64,000 nt of DNA from Eledone cirrhosa (Eukaryota), in contig OZ024748.1 of the NCBI GenBank assembly GCA_964016885.1, positions 37,820,001 to 37,884,000 on the forward strand, given 5' to 3'. Position numbers and translations under genes: made by a program. The notes beneath the pieces are model-generated. The model was not told the DNA's origin. It saw only the letters and a program-made list of their open reading frames with translations, and ran no database searches. Positions 52,659-64,000 of the stretch are shown one piece after another. Every line of letters starts with the position of its first letter. Within the stretch, counting starts at the first letter, position 1.

Positions 52659-55600
52659 GTAAGTGTTGTGATTAAATAGAAGGGAAAATATAAAGAATGT
52701 TGCGAAGTAGGTAACAGTTGTGATTAAAAAGAAGGAAAAATATAAAAAATGTTGCGAAGGAGGTAAGTGTTGTGATTAAAAGAAGGAAAAATATAAAGGA
52801 TGTTGCGAAGGAGGTAAGTGTTGTTATTAAAAGGAATGGAAAATATAAAGAATGTTGCGAAGGAGGTAAGAGTTGTGATTAAAAAGAAGGAAAAATATAA
52901 AAAATGTTGCGAAGGAGGAAAGTGTTGTTATTAAAAAGAAGGAAAAATATAAAGAATGTTGCGAAGGAGGTCAGTGTTGTGGTTAAAAGGAAAGGAAAAT
53001 ATAAAGAATGTTGCGAAGGAGGTAAGTGTTGTGATTAAAAAAAGGAAAAATATACAGAATGTTGCGAAGGAGGTAAGTGTTGTGATTAAAAAGAAGGAAA
53101 AATATAAAGAATGTTGCGAAGGAGGAAAGTGTTGTGATTAAAAAGAAGGATAAATATAAAGAATGTTGCGAAGGAGGTAATTGTTGCAATTAAAAAGAAA
53201 GAAAAATATAAAGAATGTTGCGAAGGAGGTAGGAGTTGTGATTAAATAGAAGGGAAAATATAAATAATGTTGCGAAAGAGGTAAGTATTGTGATTAAAAA
53301 GAAGGAAAAATATAAATAATATTACGAAGGAGGTAAGAGTGTTGATTAAAAAGAAGGAAAAATATAAAGAATGTTGCGAAGGAAGTAAGTGTTGTGATTA
53401 AAAAGAAGGAAAAATATAAAGAATGTTGCGAAGGAGGTAAGTGTTGTGATTAAAAAGAAGGAAAAATATAAAGAATGTTACGAAGGAGGTAAGTGTTGTG
53501 ATTAAAAAGAAGGAAAAATATAAAGAAATTTACGAAGGAGATAAGAGTGGTGATTAAAAAGAAGGGAAAATATAAAGAAATTTACGAAGGAAGTAAGAGT
53601 GGTGATTAAAAAGAAGGAAAAATATAAAGAATATTGCGATGGATGTAAGTGTTGTGTTTAAAAAAAAGGAAAAATATAAAGATGTTGCAAAAGAGGTAAG
53701 TGTTCTGATTAAAAAGAAGGAAAAATATAAAGAAATTTACGAAGGAGGTAAGTGTTGTGATTAAAAAGAAAGAAAAACATAAAGACTATTGCGAAGGAGG
53801 TAAGTGTTGTGTTTAAAAAGAAGGAAAAATATAAAGATATTGCGAAAGCGGTAAGTATTGTGATGAAAAAAAGGAAAAATATAAAGAATGTTGCGAATGA
53901 GGTCAGAGTGGTGATTAAAAAGAAGGAAAAATATAAAGAATGTTGCGAAGGAGGTAAGAGTTGTGATTAAAAAGAAGGGAAAATATAAAGAATGTTGCGA
54001 AAGAGCTAAGTGTTGTGATTAAAAATAAGGAAAAATATAAAGAATGTTGCGATGGAGGTAAGAGTGTTGATTAAAAAGAAGGAAAAATATAAAGAATGTT
54101 GCGAAGGAGGTAAGTGTTGTGATTAAAAGGAAGGGAAAATATGAAAACGTTGCGAAGGAGGAAAGAGTGGTGATTAAAGAGAAGCAAAAATATAAAAATT
54201 GTTGCGAAGGAGGTAAGTGTTGTAATTAAAAAGAAGGAAAAATATAAAGAATGTTACGAAGGAGGTAAGTGTTGTGATTGAAAATAAGGAAATATATAAA
54301 GAATGTTGCGAAGGAGGTAAGAGTTGTGATTAAAATGACGGAATAATATAAAGAATGTTGCGAAGGAGGTAGGTGTTGTGATTAAAAAGAAGGAAAAATA
54401 TATAGAATGTTGCGAAGGAGGTAAGTGTTGTGATTAAAAATAAGGAAAAATATAAAGAATGTTGCGAAGGAGGTAAGAGTGTTGATTAAAAAGAAGGAAA
54501 AATATAAAGAATGTTGCGAAGGAGGTAAGTGTTGTGATTAAATAGAAGGAAAAATATAAAGAATGTTGCGAAGGAGGTAAGAGTGTTGATTAAAAAGAAG
54601 GAAAAATATAAAGAATGTTACGAAGGAGGTAAGAGTTGTGTTAAAAAGAAGGAAAAATATAAAGAATGTTGCGTAAGAGGTAAGTCTTGTGATTAAAAAG
54701 AAGGACAAATATAAAGAATGTTGCGAAGGAGGTAAGTGTTGTGATTAAAAAGAAGGAAAATTATAAAGAATGTTACGAAGGAGGTAACAGTTGTGACTAA
54801 AGAGAAGGAAAAATATAAAAATTGTTTCGATGGAGGTAAGTGTTGTGATTAAAAAGAAGAAAAATATAAAGAATGTTGCGAAGGAGGTAAGTGTTGTGAT
54901 TAAAAATAAGGAAAAATATAAAGAATGTTGCGAAGGAGGTAAGTGTTGTGATTAAAAAGAAGGAAAAATATAAAGAATGTTACGAAGGAGGTAAGTGTTG
55001 TGATTAAAAAGAATGAAAAATATAAAGAAATTTACGAAGGAGATAAGAGTAGTGATTAAAAAGAAGGAAAAATATAAAAATTGTTGCGAAGGAGGTAAGT
55101 GTTGTAATTAAAAAGAAGGAAAAATATAAATAATGTTGCGAAGGAGGTAAGTGTTGTGATTAAAAATAAGGAAAAATATAAAGAATGTTGCGAAGGAGGT
55201 AAGAGTTGTGATTAAAAAGAAGGAATAATATAAAGAATGTTGCGAAGGAGGTAAGTGTTGTGATTAAAAAGAAGGAAAAATATAAATAATGTTGCGAAGG
55301 AGGTAAGTGTTGTGATTAAAAATAAGGAAAAATATAAAGAATGTTGCGAAGGAGGTAAGAGTTGTGATTAAAAAGAAGGAATAATATAACGAATGTTGCG
55401 AAGGAGGTAAGTGTTGTGATTAAAAAGAAAGAAAAACATAAAGACTATTGCGAAGGAGGTAAGTGTTGTGTTTAAAAAGAAGGAAAAATATAAAGATATT
55501 GCGAAAGCGGTAAGTATTGTGATGAAAAAAAGGAAAAATATAAAGAATGTTGCGAATGAGGTCAGAGTGGTGATTAAAAAGAAGGAAAAATATAAAGAAT

Positions 55601-56849
55601 GTTGCGAAGGAGGTAAGAGTTGTGATTAAAAAGAAGTGAAAATATAAAGAATGTTGCGAAAGTGCTAAGTGTTGTGATTAAAAATAAGGAAAAATATAAA
55701 GAATGTTGCGATGGAGGTAAGAGTGTTGATTAAAAAGAAGGAAAAATATAAAGAATGTTGCGAAGGAGTTAAGTGTTGTGATTAAAAAGAAAGAAAAATA
55801 TAAAGAATGTTACGATGGAGGTAAGAGTTGTGATTAAAAAGAAGGAAAAATATAAAGAATGTTGCGAAGGAGGCAAGTGTTGTGATTAAAAAGAAGGAAA
55901 AATATAAAGAATGTTACGAAAGAGGTAAGTGTTGTGATTAAAAAGAAGGAAAAATATAAAGAAATTTACGAAGGAGGTAAGAGTAGTGATTAAAAAGAAG
56001 GAAAACTATAAAGAATATTGCGAAAGAGGTAAGTGTTGTGATTAAAAAGAAGGAAAAATATAAAGAATGTTGCGAAGGAGGTAAGTGTTGAGATTAAAAA
56101 GAAGGAAAAATATAAAGAATGTTGCGAAGGAGGTAAGAGTTGTGATTAAAAAGAAGGTAAAATATAAAGAATGTTGCGAAGGAGTTAAGTGTTGTGATTA
56201 ATAAGAAAGAAAAATATAAAGAATGTTACGATGGAGATAAGAGTAGTGATTAAAAAGAAGGAAAAATATATAGAATGTTGCGAAGGAGGTAAGTGTTGTG
56301 ATTAAAAGGAAGGGAAAATATGAAAACGTTGCGAAGGAGGAAAGAGTGGTGATTAAAGAGAAGCAAAAATATAAAAATTGTTGCGAAGGAGGTAAGTGTT
56401 GTAATTAAAAAGAAGGAAAAATATAAAGAATGTTACGAAGGAGGTAAGTGTTGTGATTGAAAATAAGGAAATATATAAAGAATGTTGCGAAGGAGGTAAG
56501 AGTTGTGATTAAAATGACGGAATAATATAAAGAATGTTGCGAAGGGGGTAAGTGTTGTGATTAAAAAGAAGGAAAAATATATAGAATGTTGCGAAGGAGG
56601 TAAGTGTTGTGATTAAAAATAAGGAAAAATATAAAGAATGTTGCGAAGGAGGTAAGAGTGTTGATTAAAAAGAAGGAAAAATATAAAGAATGTTGCGAAG
56701 GAGGTAAGTGTTGTGATTAAAAAGAAGGAAAAATATAAAGAATGTTGCGAAGGAGTTAAGAGTTGTGATTAAAAACAAGGAAAAATATAAAGAATGTTGC
56801 GAAGGAGGTAAGTGTTGTGATTAAAAAGAAGGAAAAATATAAAGAATGT

Positions 56850-59800
56850 TACGAAGGAGGTAAGAGTTGTGATTAAAAAGAAGGAAAAATATAAAGAATG
56901 TTGCGAAGGAGGTAAGTGTTGTGTTTAAAAAGAAGGAAAAATATAAAGAATGTTGCGTAAGAGGTAAGTCTTGTGATTAAAAAGAAGGACAAATATAAAG
57001 AATGTTGCCAAGGAGGTAAGTGTTGTGATTAAAAAGAAGGAAAATTATAAAGAATGTTACGAAGGAGGTAACAGTTGTGACTAAAGAGAAGGAAAAATAT
57101 AAAAATTGTTTCGATGGAGGTAAGTGTTGTGATTAAAAAGAAGAAAAATATAAAGAATGTTGCGAAGGAGGTAAGTGTTGTGATTAAAAATAAGGAAAAA
57201 TATAAAGAATGTTGCGAAGGAGGTAAGAGTTGTGATTAAAAAGAAGGAATAATATGAAAAATGTTGCTAAGGAGGTAAGTGTTGTGATTAAAAAGAAGGA
57301 AAAATATAAAGAATGTTGCGAAGGGGGTAAGAGTTGTGATTAAAAAGAAAGAAAATTATTTAGAATGTTGCGAAGGAGGTAAGTGTTGTGATTAAAAAGA
57401 AGGAAAAATATAAAGAATGTTACGAAGGAGGTAAGTGTTGTGATTAAAAAGAATGAAAAATATAAAGAAATTTACGAAGGAGATAAGAGTAGTGATTAAA
57501 AAGAAGGAAAAATATAAAAATTGTTGCGAAGGAGGTAAGTGTTGTAATTAAAAAGAAGGAAAAATATAAATAATGTTGCGAAGGAGGTAAGTGTTGTGAT
57601 TAAAAATAAGGAAAAATATAAAGAATGTTGCGAAGGAGGTAAGAGTTGTGATTAAAAAGAAGGAATAATATAAAGAATGTTGCGAAGCAGGTAAGTGTTG
57701 TGATTAAAAAGAAGGAAAAATATAAATAATGTTGCGAAGGAGGTAAGTGTTGTGATTAAAAAGAAGGAATAATATAACGAATGTTGCGAAGGAGGTAAGT
57801 GTTGTGATTAAAAAGAAGGAAAAATATAGAGAATGATGCGCAGGTAAGTGTTGTGATTAAAAAGAAAGAAAAATATAAAGAATGTTGCGAAGGAGGTAAG
57901 AGTGTTGATTAAAAAGAAGGAAAAATATAAAGAATGTTGCGAAGGAGGTAAGTGTTGTGATTAAAAAGAAGTAAAAATATAAAGAATGTTTCAAAGGAGG
58001 TAAGAGTTGTGATTAAAAAGAAGGGAAAATATAAAGAATGTTGCGAAAGAGCTAAGTGTTGTAATTAAAAATAAGGAAAAATATAAAGAATGTTGCGAAG
58101 GAGGTAAGGGTGTTGATTAAAAAGAAGGAAACATATAAAGAATGTTGCGAAGGAGGTAAGTGTTGTGATTAAAAAGAAAGAAAAATATAAAGAATGTTAC
58201 CATGGAGGTAAGAGTTGTGGTTAAAAAGAAGGAAAAATATAAAGAATGTTGCGAAGGAGGTAAGTGTTGTGATTAAAAAGAAGGAAAAATATAAAGAATG
58301 TTACGAAGGAGGTAAGTGTTGTGATTAAAAAGAAGGAAAAATATAGAGAAATTTACGAAGGAGATAAGAGTAGTGATTAAAAAGAAGGAAAACTATAAAG
58401 AATATTGCGAAAGAGGTAAGTGTTGTGATTAAGAAGAAGGAAAAATATAAAGAATGTTGCGAAGGAGGTAGGAGTGTTGATTAAAAAGAAGGAAAAATAT
58501 AAAGAATGTTGCGAAGGAGGTAAGTGTTGTGATTAAAAAGAGGGAAAAATATAAAGAATGTTACGAAGGAGGTAAGAGTTGTGATTAAAAAGAAGGAAAA
58601 ATATAAAAAATGTTGCGAAGGAGGTAAGTGTTGAGATTAAAAAGAAGGAAAAATATAAAGAATCTTACGAAGGAGGTAAGTGTTGTGATTAAAAAGAAGG
58701 AAAAATATAAAAATGTTACGAAGGAGGTAATTGTTGTGATTAAAAAGAATGAAAAATATAAAGAAATTTACAAAGGAGATAAGAGTAGTGATTAAAAAGA
58801 AGGAAAACTATAAAGAATATTGCGAAAGAGGTAAGTGCTGTGATTAAAAAAAAGGAAAAATATACAGAATGTTGCGAAGGAGGTAAGTGTTGTGATTAAA
58901 AAGAAGGAAAAATATAAAGAATGTGACGAAGGAGGTAAGTGTTGTGATTAAAAAGAAGTAAAAATATAAAGAATGTTTCAAAGGAGGTAAGTGTTGTGAT
59001 TAAAAAGAAGGAAAAATATAAAGAACGTTGCGAAGGAGGTAAGTGTTGTGATTAAAAAGAAGGAAAAATATAAAGAATGTTACGAAGGAGGTATGAGTGG
59101 TGATATAAAAAGAAGGAAATATATAAAAAAATATTGCGAAAGAGGTAAGTGTTGTGATTAAAAAGAAGGAAAAATATAAAGAATGTTGCGAAGGAGGTAA
59201 GAGTGTTGATTAAAAAGAAGGAAAAATATAAAGAATGTTGCGAAGGAGGTAAGTGTTGTGATTAAAAAGAAGGAAAAATATAAAGAATGTTGCGAAGGAG
59301 GTAAGTGTTGTGTTTAAAAAGAAGGAAAAATATAAAGAATGTTGCGTAAGAGGTAAGTCTTGTGATTAAAAAGAAGGACAAATATAAAGAATGTTGCCAA
59401 GGAGGTAAGTGTTGTGATTAAAAAGAAGGAAAATTATAAAGAATGTTACGAAGGAGGTAACAGTTGTGACTAAAGAGAAGGAAAAATATAAAAATTGTTT
59501 CGAAGGAGGTAAGTGTTGTGATTAAAAAGAAGAAAAATATAAAGAATGTTGCGAAGGAGGTAAGTGTTGTGATTAAAAATAAGGAAAAATATAAAGAATG
59601 TTGCGAAGGAGGTAAGAGTTGTGATTAAAAAGAAGGAACAATATGAAGAATGTTGCGAAGGAGGTAAGTGTTGTGATTAAAAAGAAGGAAAAATATAAAG
59701 AATGTTGCGAAGGGGGTAAGAGTTGTGATTAAAAAGAAAGAAAATTATTTAGAATGTTGCGAAGGAGGTAAGTGTTGTGATTAAAAAGAAGGAAAAATAT

Positions 59801-61400
59801 AAAGAATGTTACGAAGGAGGTAAGTGTTGTGATTAAAAAGAATGAAAAATATAAAGAAATTTACGAAGGAGATAAGAGTAGTGATTAAAAAGATGGAAAA
59901 ATATAAAAATTGTTGCGAAGAAGGTAAGTGTGGTAATTAAAAAGAAGGAAAAATATAAATAATGTTGCGAAGGAGGTAAGTGTTGTGATTAAAAATAAGG
60001 AAAAATATAAAGAATGTTGCGAAGGAGGTAAGAGTTGTGATTAAAAAGAAGGAATAATATAAAAAATGTTGCGAAGGAGGTAATTGTTGTGATTAAAAAG
60101 AAGGAAAAATATAAATAATGTTGCGAAGGAGGTAAGTGTTGTGATTAAAAATGAGGAAAAATATAAAGAATGTTGCGAAGGAGGAAGTGTTGTGATTAAA
60201 AAGAAGGATAAATATAAGGAAATTTACGAAGGAGGTAAGAGTGGTGATTAAAAAGAAAGAAAAATATAAAGAATGTTGCGAAGGAGGTAAGAGTGTTGAT
60301 TAAAAAGAAGGAAAAATATAAAGAATGTTGCGAAGGAGGTAAGTGTTGTGATTAAAAAGAAGTAAAAATATAAAGAATGTTTCAAAGGAGGTAAGTGTTG
60401 TGATTAAAAGAAGGAAAAATATAAAGAATGTTGCGAAAGAGGTAAGAGTTGTGATTAAAAAGAAGGAAAAATATAAAGAATGTTGCGAAGGAGGTAAGAG
60501 TTGTGATTAAAAAGAAGGGAAAATATAAAGAATCTTACGAAGGAGGTAAGAGTTGTGATTAAAAAGAAGGGAAAATATAAAGAATGTTGCGAAAGAGCTA
60601 AGTGTTGTGATTAAAAATAAGGAAAAATATAAAGAATGTTGCGAAGGAGGTAAGAGTGTTGATTAAAAATAAGGAAAAATATAAAGAATGTTGCGAAGGA
60701 GGTAAGTGTTGTGATTACAAAGAAAGAAAAATATAAAGAATGTTACCATGGAGGTAAGTGTTGTGGTTAAAAAGAAGGAAAAATATAAAGAATGTTGCGA
60801 AGGAGGTAGGTGTTGTGATTAAAAAGAAGGAAAAATATAAAGAATGTTACGAAGGAGGCAAGTGTTGTGATTAAAAAGAAGGAAAAATATAAAGAAATTT
60901 ACGAAGGAGATAAGATTAGTGATTAAAAAGAAGGAAAACTATAAAGAATATTGCGAAAGAGGTAAGTGTTGTGATTAAGAAGAAGGAAAAATATAAAGAA
61001 TGTTGCGAAGGAGGTAAGAGTGTTGATTAAAAAGAAGTAAAAATATAAAGAATGTTGCGAAGGAGGTAAGTGTTGTGATTAAAAAGAGGGAAAAATATAA
61101 AGAATGTTACGAAGGAGGTAAGAGTTGTGATTAAAAAGAAGGAAAAATATAAAAAATGTTGCGAAGGAGGTAAGTGTTGAGATTAAAAAGAAGGAAAAAT
61201 ATAAAGAATGTTACGAAGGAGGTAAGTGTTGTGATTAAAAAGAAGGAAAAATATAAAAAATGTTACGAAGGAGGTAATTGTTGTGATTAAAAAGAATGAA
61301 AAATATAAAGAAATTTACAAAGGAGATAAGAGTAGTGATTAAAAAGAAGGAAAACTATAAAGAATATTGCGAAAGAGGTAAGTGTTGTGATTTAAAAAAA
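56850..61400 (+). repeat. More diverged duplication of about 46 monomers (offset about 2390 bp)
   Basis: aatgttgcca at 57001/59390 and agtaaaaata...tttcaaagg at 57970/60361. The copies differ by several substitutions and by monomer gains and losses. Confidence 0.72.
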
Positions 61401-61440
61401 GGAAAAATATAAAGAATATTGCGAAGGAGGTAAGGGTTGT

Positions 61441-64000
61441 GATTAAAGAGAAGGAAAAATATAAAAAAATGTTGCGAAGGAGGTAAGTGTTGTAATTAAA
61501 AAGAAGGAAAAATATAAATAATTTTGCGAAGGAGGTAAGTGTTGTGATTAAAAATAAGGAAAAATATAAAGAATGTTGCGAAGGAGGTAAGAGTTGTGAT
61601 TAAAAAGAAGGAATAATATGAAGAATGTTGCGAAGGAGGTAAGTGTTGTGATTAAAAAGAAGTAAAAATATAAAGAATGTTTCAAAGGAGGTAAGTGTTG
61701 TGATTAAAAGAAGGAAAAATATAAAGAATGTTGCGAAAGAGGTAAGAGTTGTGATTAAAAAGAAGGAAAAATATAAAGAATGTTGCGAAGGAGGTAAGAG
61801 TTGTGATTAAAAAGAAGGAAAAATATAAAGAATCTTACGAAGGAGGTAAGAGTTGTGATTAAAAAGAAGGAAAAATATAAAGAATGTTGCGAAGGAGGTA
61901 AGAGTTGTGATTAAAAAGAAGGGAAAATATAAAGAATGTTGCGAAGGAGGTAAGTGTTGTGATTAAAAAGAAGGAAAAATATAAAGAATGTTGCGAAGGA
62001 GGTAAGTGTTGTGATTAAAAAGAAAGAAAAATATAAAGAATGTTACCATGGAGGTAAGAGTTTTGGTTAAAAAGAAGGAAAAATATAAAGAATGTTGCGA
62101 AGGAGGTAAGTGTTGTGATTAAAAAGAAGGAAAAATATAAAGAATGTTACGAAGGAGGTAAGTGTTGTGATTAAAAAGAAGGAAAAATATAAAGAAATTT
62201 ACGAAGGAGATAAGATTAGTGATTAAAAAGAAGGAAAACTATAAACAATATTGCGAAAGAGGTAAGTGTTGTGATTAAGAAGAAGGAAAAATATAAAGAA
62301 TGTTGCGAAGGAGGTAAGAGTGTTGATTAAAAAGAAGGAAAATATAGAGAATGTTGCGAAGGAGGTAAGTGTTGTGATTAAAAAGAGGGAAAAATATAAA
62401 GAATGTTACGAAGGAGGTAAGAGTTGTGATTAAAAAGAAGGAAAAATATAAAAAATGTTGCGAAGGAGGTAAGTGTTGAGATTAAAAAGAAGGAAAAATA
62501 TAAAGAATGTTACGAAGGAGGTAAGTGTTGTGATTAAAAAGAAGGAAAAATATAAAAATGTTACGAAGGAGGTAATTGTTGTGATTAAAAAGAATGAAAA
62601 ATATAAAGAAATTTACAAAGGAGATAAGAGTAGTGATTAAAAAGAAGGAAAACTATAAAGAATATTGCGAAAGAGGTAAGTGTTGTGATTAAAAAAAAGG
62701 AAAAATATAAAGAATATTGCGAAGGAGGTAAGGGTTGTGATTAAAAAGAAGGAAAAATATAAAGAATGTTACGAAGGAGGTAACAGCTGTGATTAAAGAG
62801 AAGGAAAAATATAAAAAAATGTTGCGAAGGAGGTAAGTGTTGTAATTAAAAAGAAGGAAAAATATAAATAATTTTGCGAAGGAGGTAAGTGTTGTGATTA
62901 AAAATAAGGAAAAATATAAAGAATGTTGCGAAGGAGGTAAGAGTTGTGATTAAAAAGAAGGAATAATATGAAGAATGTTGCGAAGGAGGTAAGTGTTGTG
63001 ATTAAAAAGAAGTAAAAATATAAAGAATGTTTCAAAGGAGGTAAGTGTTGTGATTAAAAGAAGGAAAAATATAAAGAATGTTGCGAAAGAGGTAAGAGTT
63101 GTGATTAAAAAGAAGGAAAAATATAAAGAATGTTGCGAAGGAGGTAAGAGTTGTGATTAAAAAGAAGGAAAAATATAAAGAATCTTACGAAGGAGGTAAG
63201 AGTTGTGATTCAAAAGAAGGAAAAATATAAAGAATGTTGCGAAGGAGGTAAGAGTTGTGATTAAAAAGAAGGGAAAATATAAAGAATGTTGCGAAGGAGG
63301 TAAGTGTTGTGATTAAAAAGAAGGAAAAATATAAAGAATGTTGCGAAGGAGGTAAGTGTTGTGATTAAAAAGAAAGAAAAATATAAAGAATGTTACCATG
63401 GAGGTAAGAGTTTTGGTTAAAAAGAAGGGAAAATATAAAGAATGTTGCGAAGGAGGTAAGTGTTGTGATTAAAAAGAAGGAAAAATATAAAGAATGTTAC
63501 GAAGGAGGTAAGTGTTGTGATTAAAAAGAAGGAAAAATATAAAGAAATTTACGAAGGAGATAAGATTAGTGATTAAAAAGAAGGAAAACTATAAACAATA
63601 TTGCGAAAGAGGTAAGTGTTGTGATTAAGAAGAAGGAAAAATATAAAGAATGTTGCGAAGGAGGTAAGAGTGTTGATTAAAAAGAAGGAAAATATTGAGA
63701 ATGTTGCGAAGGAGGTAAGTGTTGTGATTAAAAAGAGGGAAAAATATAAAGAATGTTACGAAGGAGGTAAGAGTTGTGATTAAAAAGAAGGAAAAATATA
63801 GAAAATGTTGCGAAGGAGGTAAGTGTTGAGATTAAAAAGAAGGAAAAATATAAAGAATGTTACGAAGGAGGTAAGTGTTGTGATTAAAAAGAAGGAAAAA
63901 TATAAAAATGTTTCGAAGGAGGTAATTGTTGTGATTAAAAAGAATGAAAAATATAAAGAAATTTACAAAGGAGATAAGAGTAGTTATTAAAAAGAAGGAA
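61441..64000 (+). repeat. 26-monomer HOR, 1350 bp, about 1.9 copies to the window end; a related 25-mer-offset copy precedes it from about 60340
   Basis: gattaaagagaaggaaaaatataaaaaaat at 61441/62791, ataaacaata at 62241/63591, agtaaaaata at 60361/61661/63011. Confidence 0.9.

Larger units (their letters stand above)
1..64000 (+). repeat. Tandem satellite array, 52-bp monomer, about 1,230 copies, extending beyond both window edges
   Basis: Consensus GATTAAAAAGAAGGAAAAATATAAAGAATGTTGCGAAGGAGGTAAGTGTTGT recurs every 52 bp (GATT starts at 262, 314, 366). Monomers typically differ from it by a few substitutions or small indels. I saw no non-repeat sequence and no orientation switch. Confidence 0.99.

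Noticed and set aside
1198-53189. All 60-90 aa ORFs in the supplied track (Lys-rich on +, Phe/Leu-rich on -)
   Set aside because: They are translations of the 52-bp repeat. Because 52 is not a multiple of 3, frames cycle and end at the same stop unless a 1-bp indel or substitution extends them. Their recurrence simply tracks the HOR copies. No domain or unique coding sequence is present.
1-64000. CRISPR array
   Set aside because: There are no unique spacers, the entire unit is repeated, and there is no leader or cas gene.
1-64000. Giant repetitive protein gene or antigenic-variation cassette array
   Set aside because: The period is not a multiple of 3, stops occur at least every few monomers in all frames, and indel and nonsense variants are freely propagated.
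1-64000. Telomerase-type telomeric repeat or G-quadruplex array
   Set aside because: The strand is G-rich, but the unit is 52 bp with only GG runs in the consensus. The kb-scale HORs indicate recombinational amplification rather than templated addition. A recombination-maintained terminal satellite cannot be excluded without chromosome position.
1-64000. Embedded transposon, inversion or unique island
   Set aside because: Reading through the window I found no C-rich, reverse-orientation or non-monomer segment.

Overview
The whole 64-kb window is one uninterrupted head-to-tail satellite array of about 1,230 copies of a 52-bp monomer, and it runs off both window ends. The consensus read from the sequence is GATTAAAAAGAAGGAAAAATATAAAGAATGTTGCGAAGGAGGTAAGTGTTGT (24 A, 15 G, 12 T, 1 C; 31% GC). 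All copies are in one orientation, with no unique sequence, transposon, inversion, RNA gene or credible protein gene. The listed ORFs are frameshift read-throughs of the repeat. Diagnostic monomer variants show several local higher-order repeats (HORs), each with a different period: about 40-mer (2071-2073 bp), 41-mer (2124 bp x3+), 45-mer (2334 bp x3), 33-mer (1715 bp x2), 85-mer (4416 bp x2), about 46-mer and 26-mer (1350 bp). Related variant blocks flank a more homogeneous central expansion. The monomer is dense in signal-like motifs: a near-perfect U1-complementary 5' splice site overlapping a perfect Shine-Dalgarno, ATTAAA, TATAAA and phased A-tracts. I do not recognise the satellite family or the organism. 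An array like this most resembles eukaryotic satellite DNA (inference). All offsets were counted by eye from marker variants.
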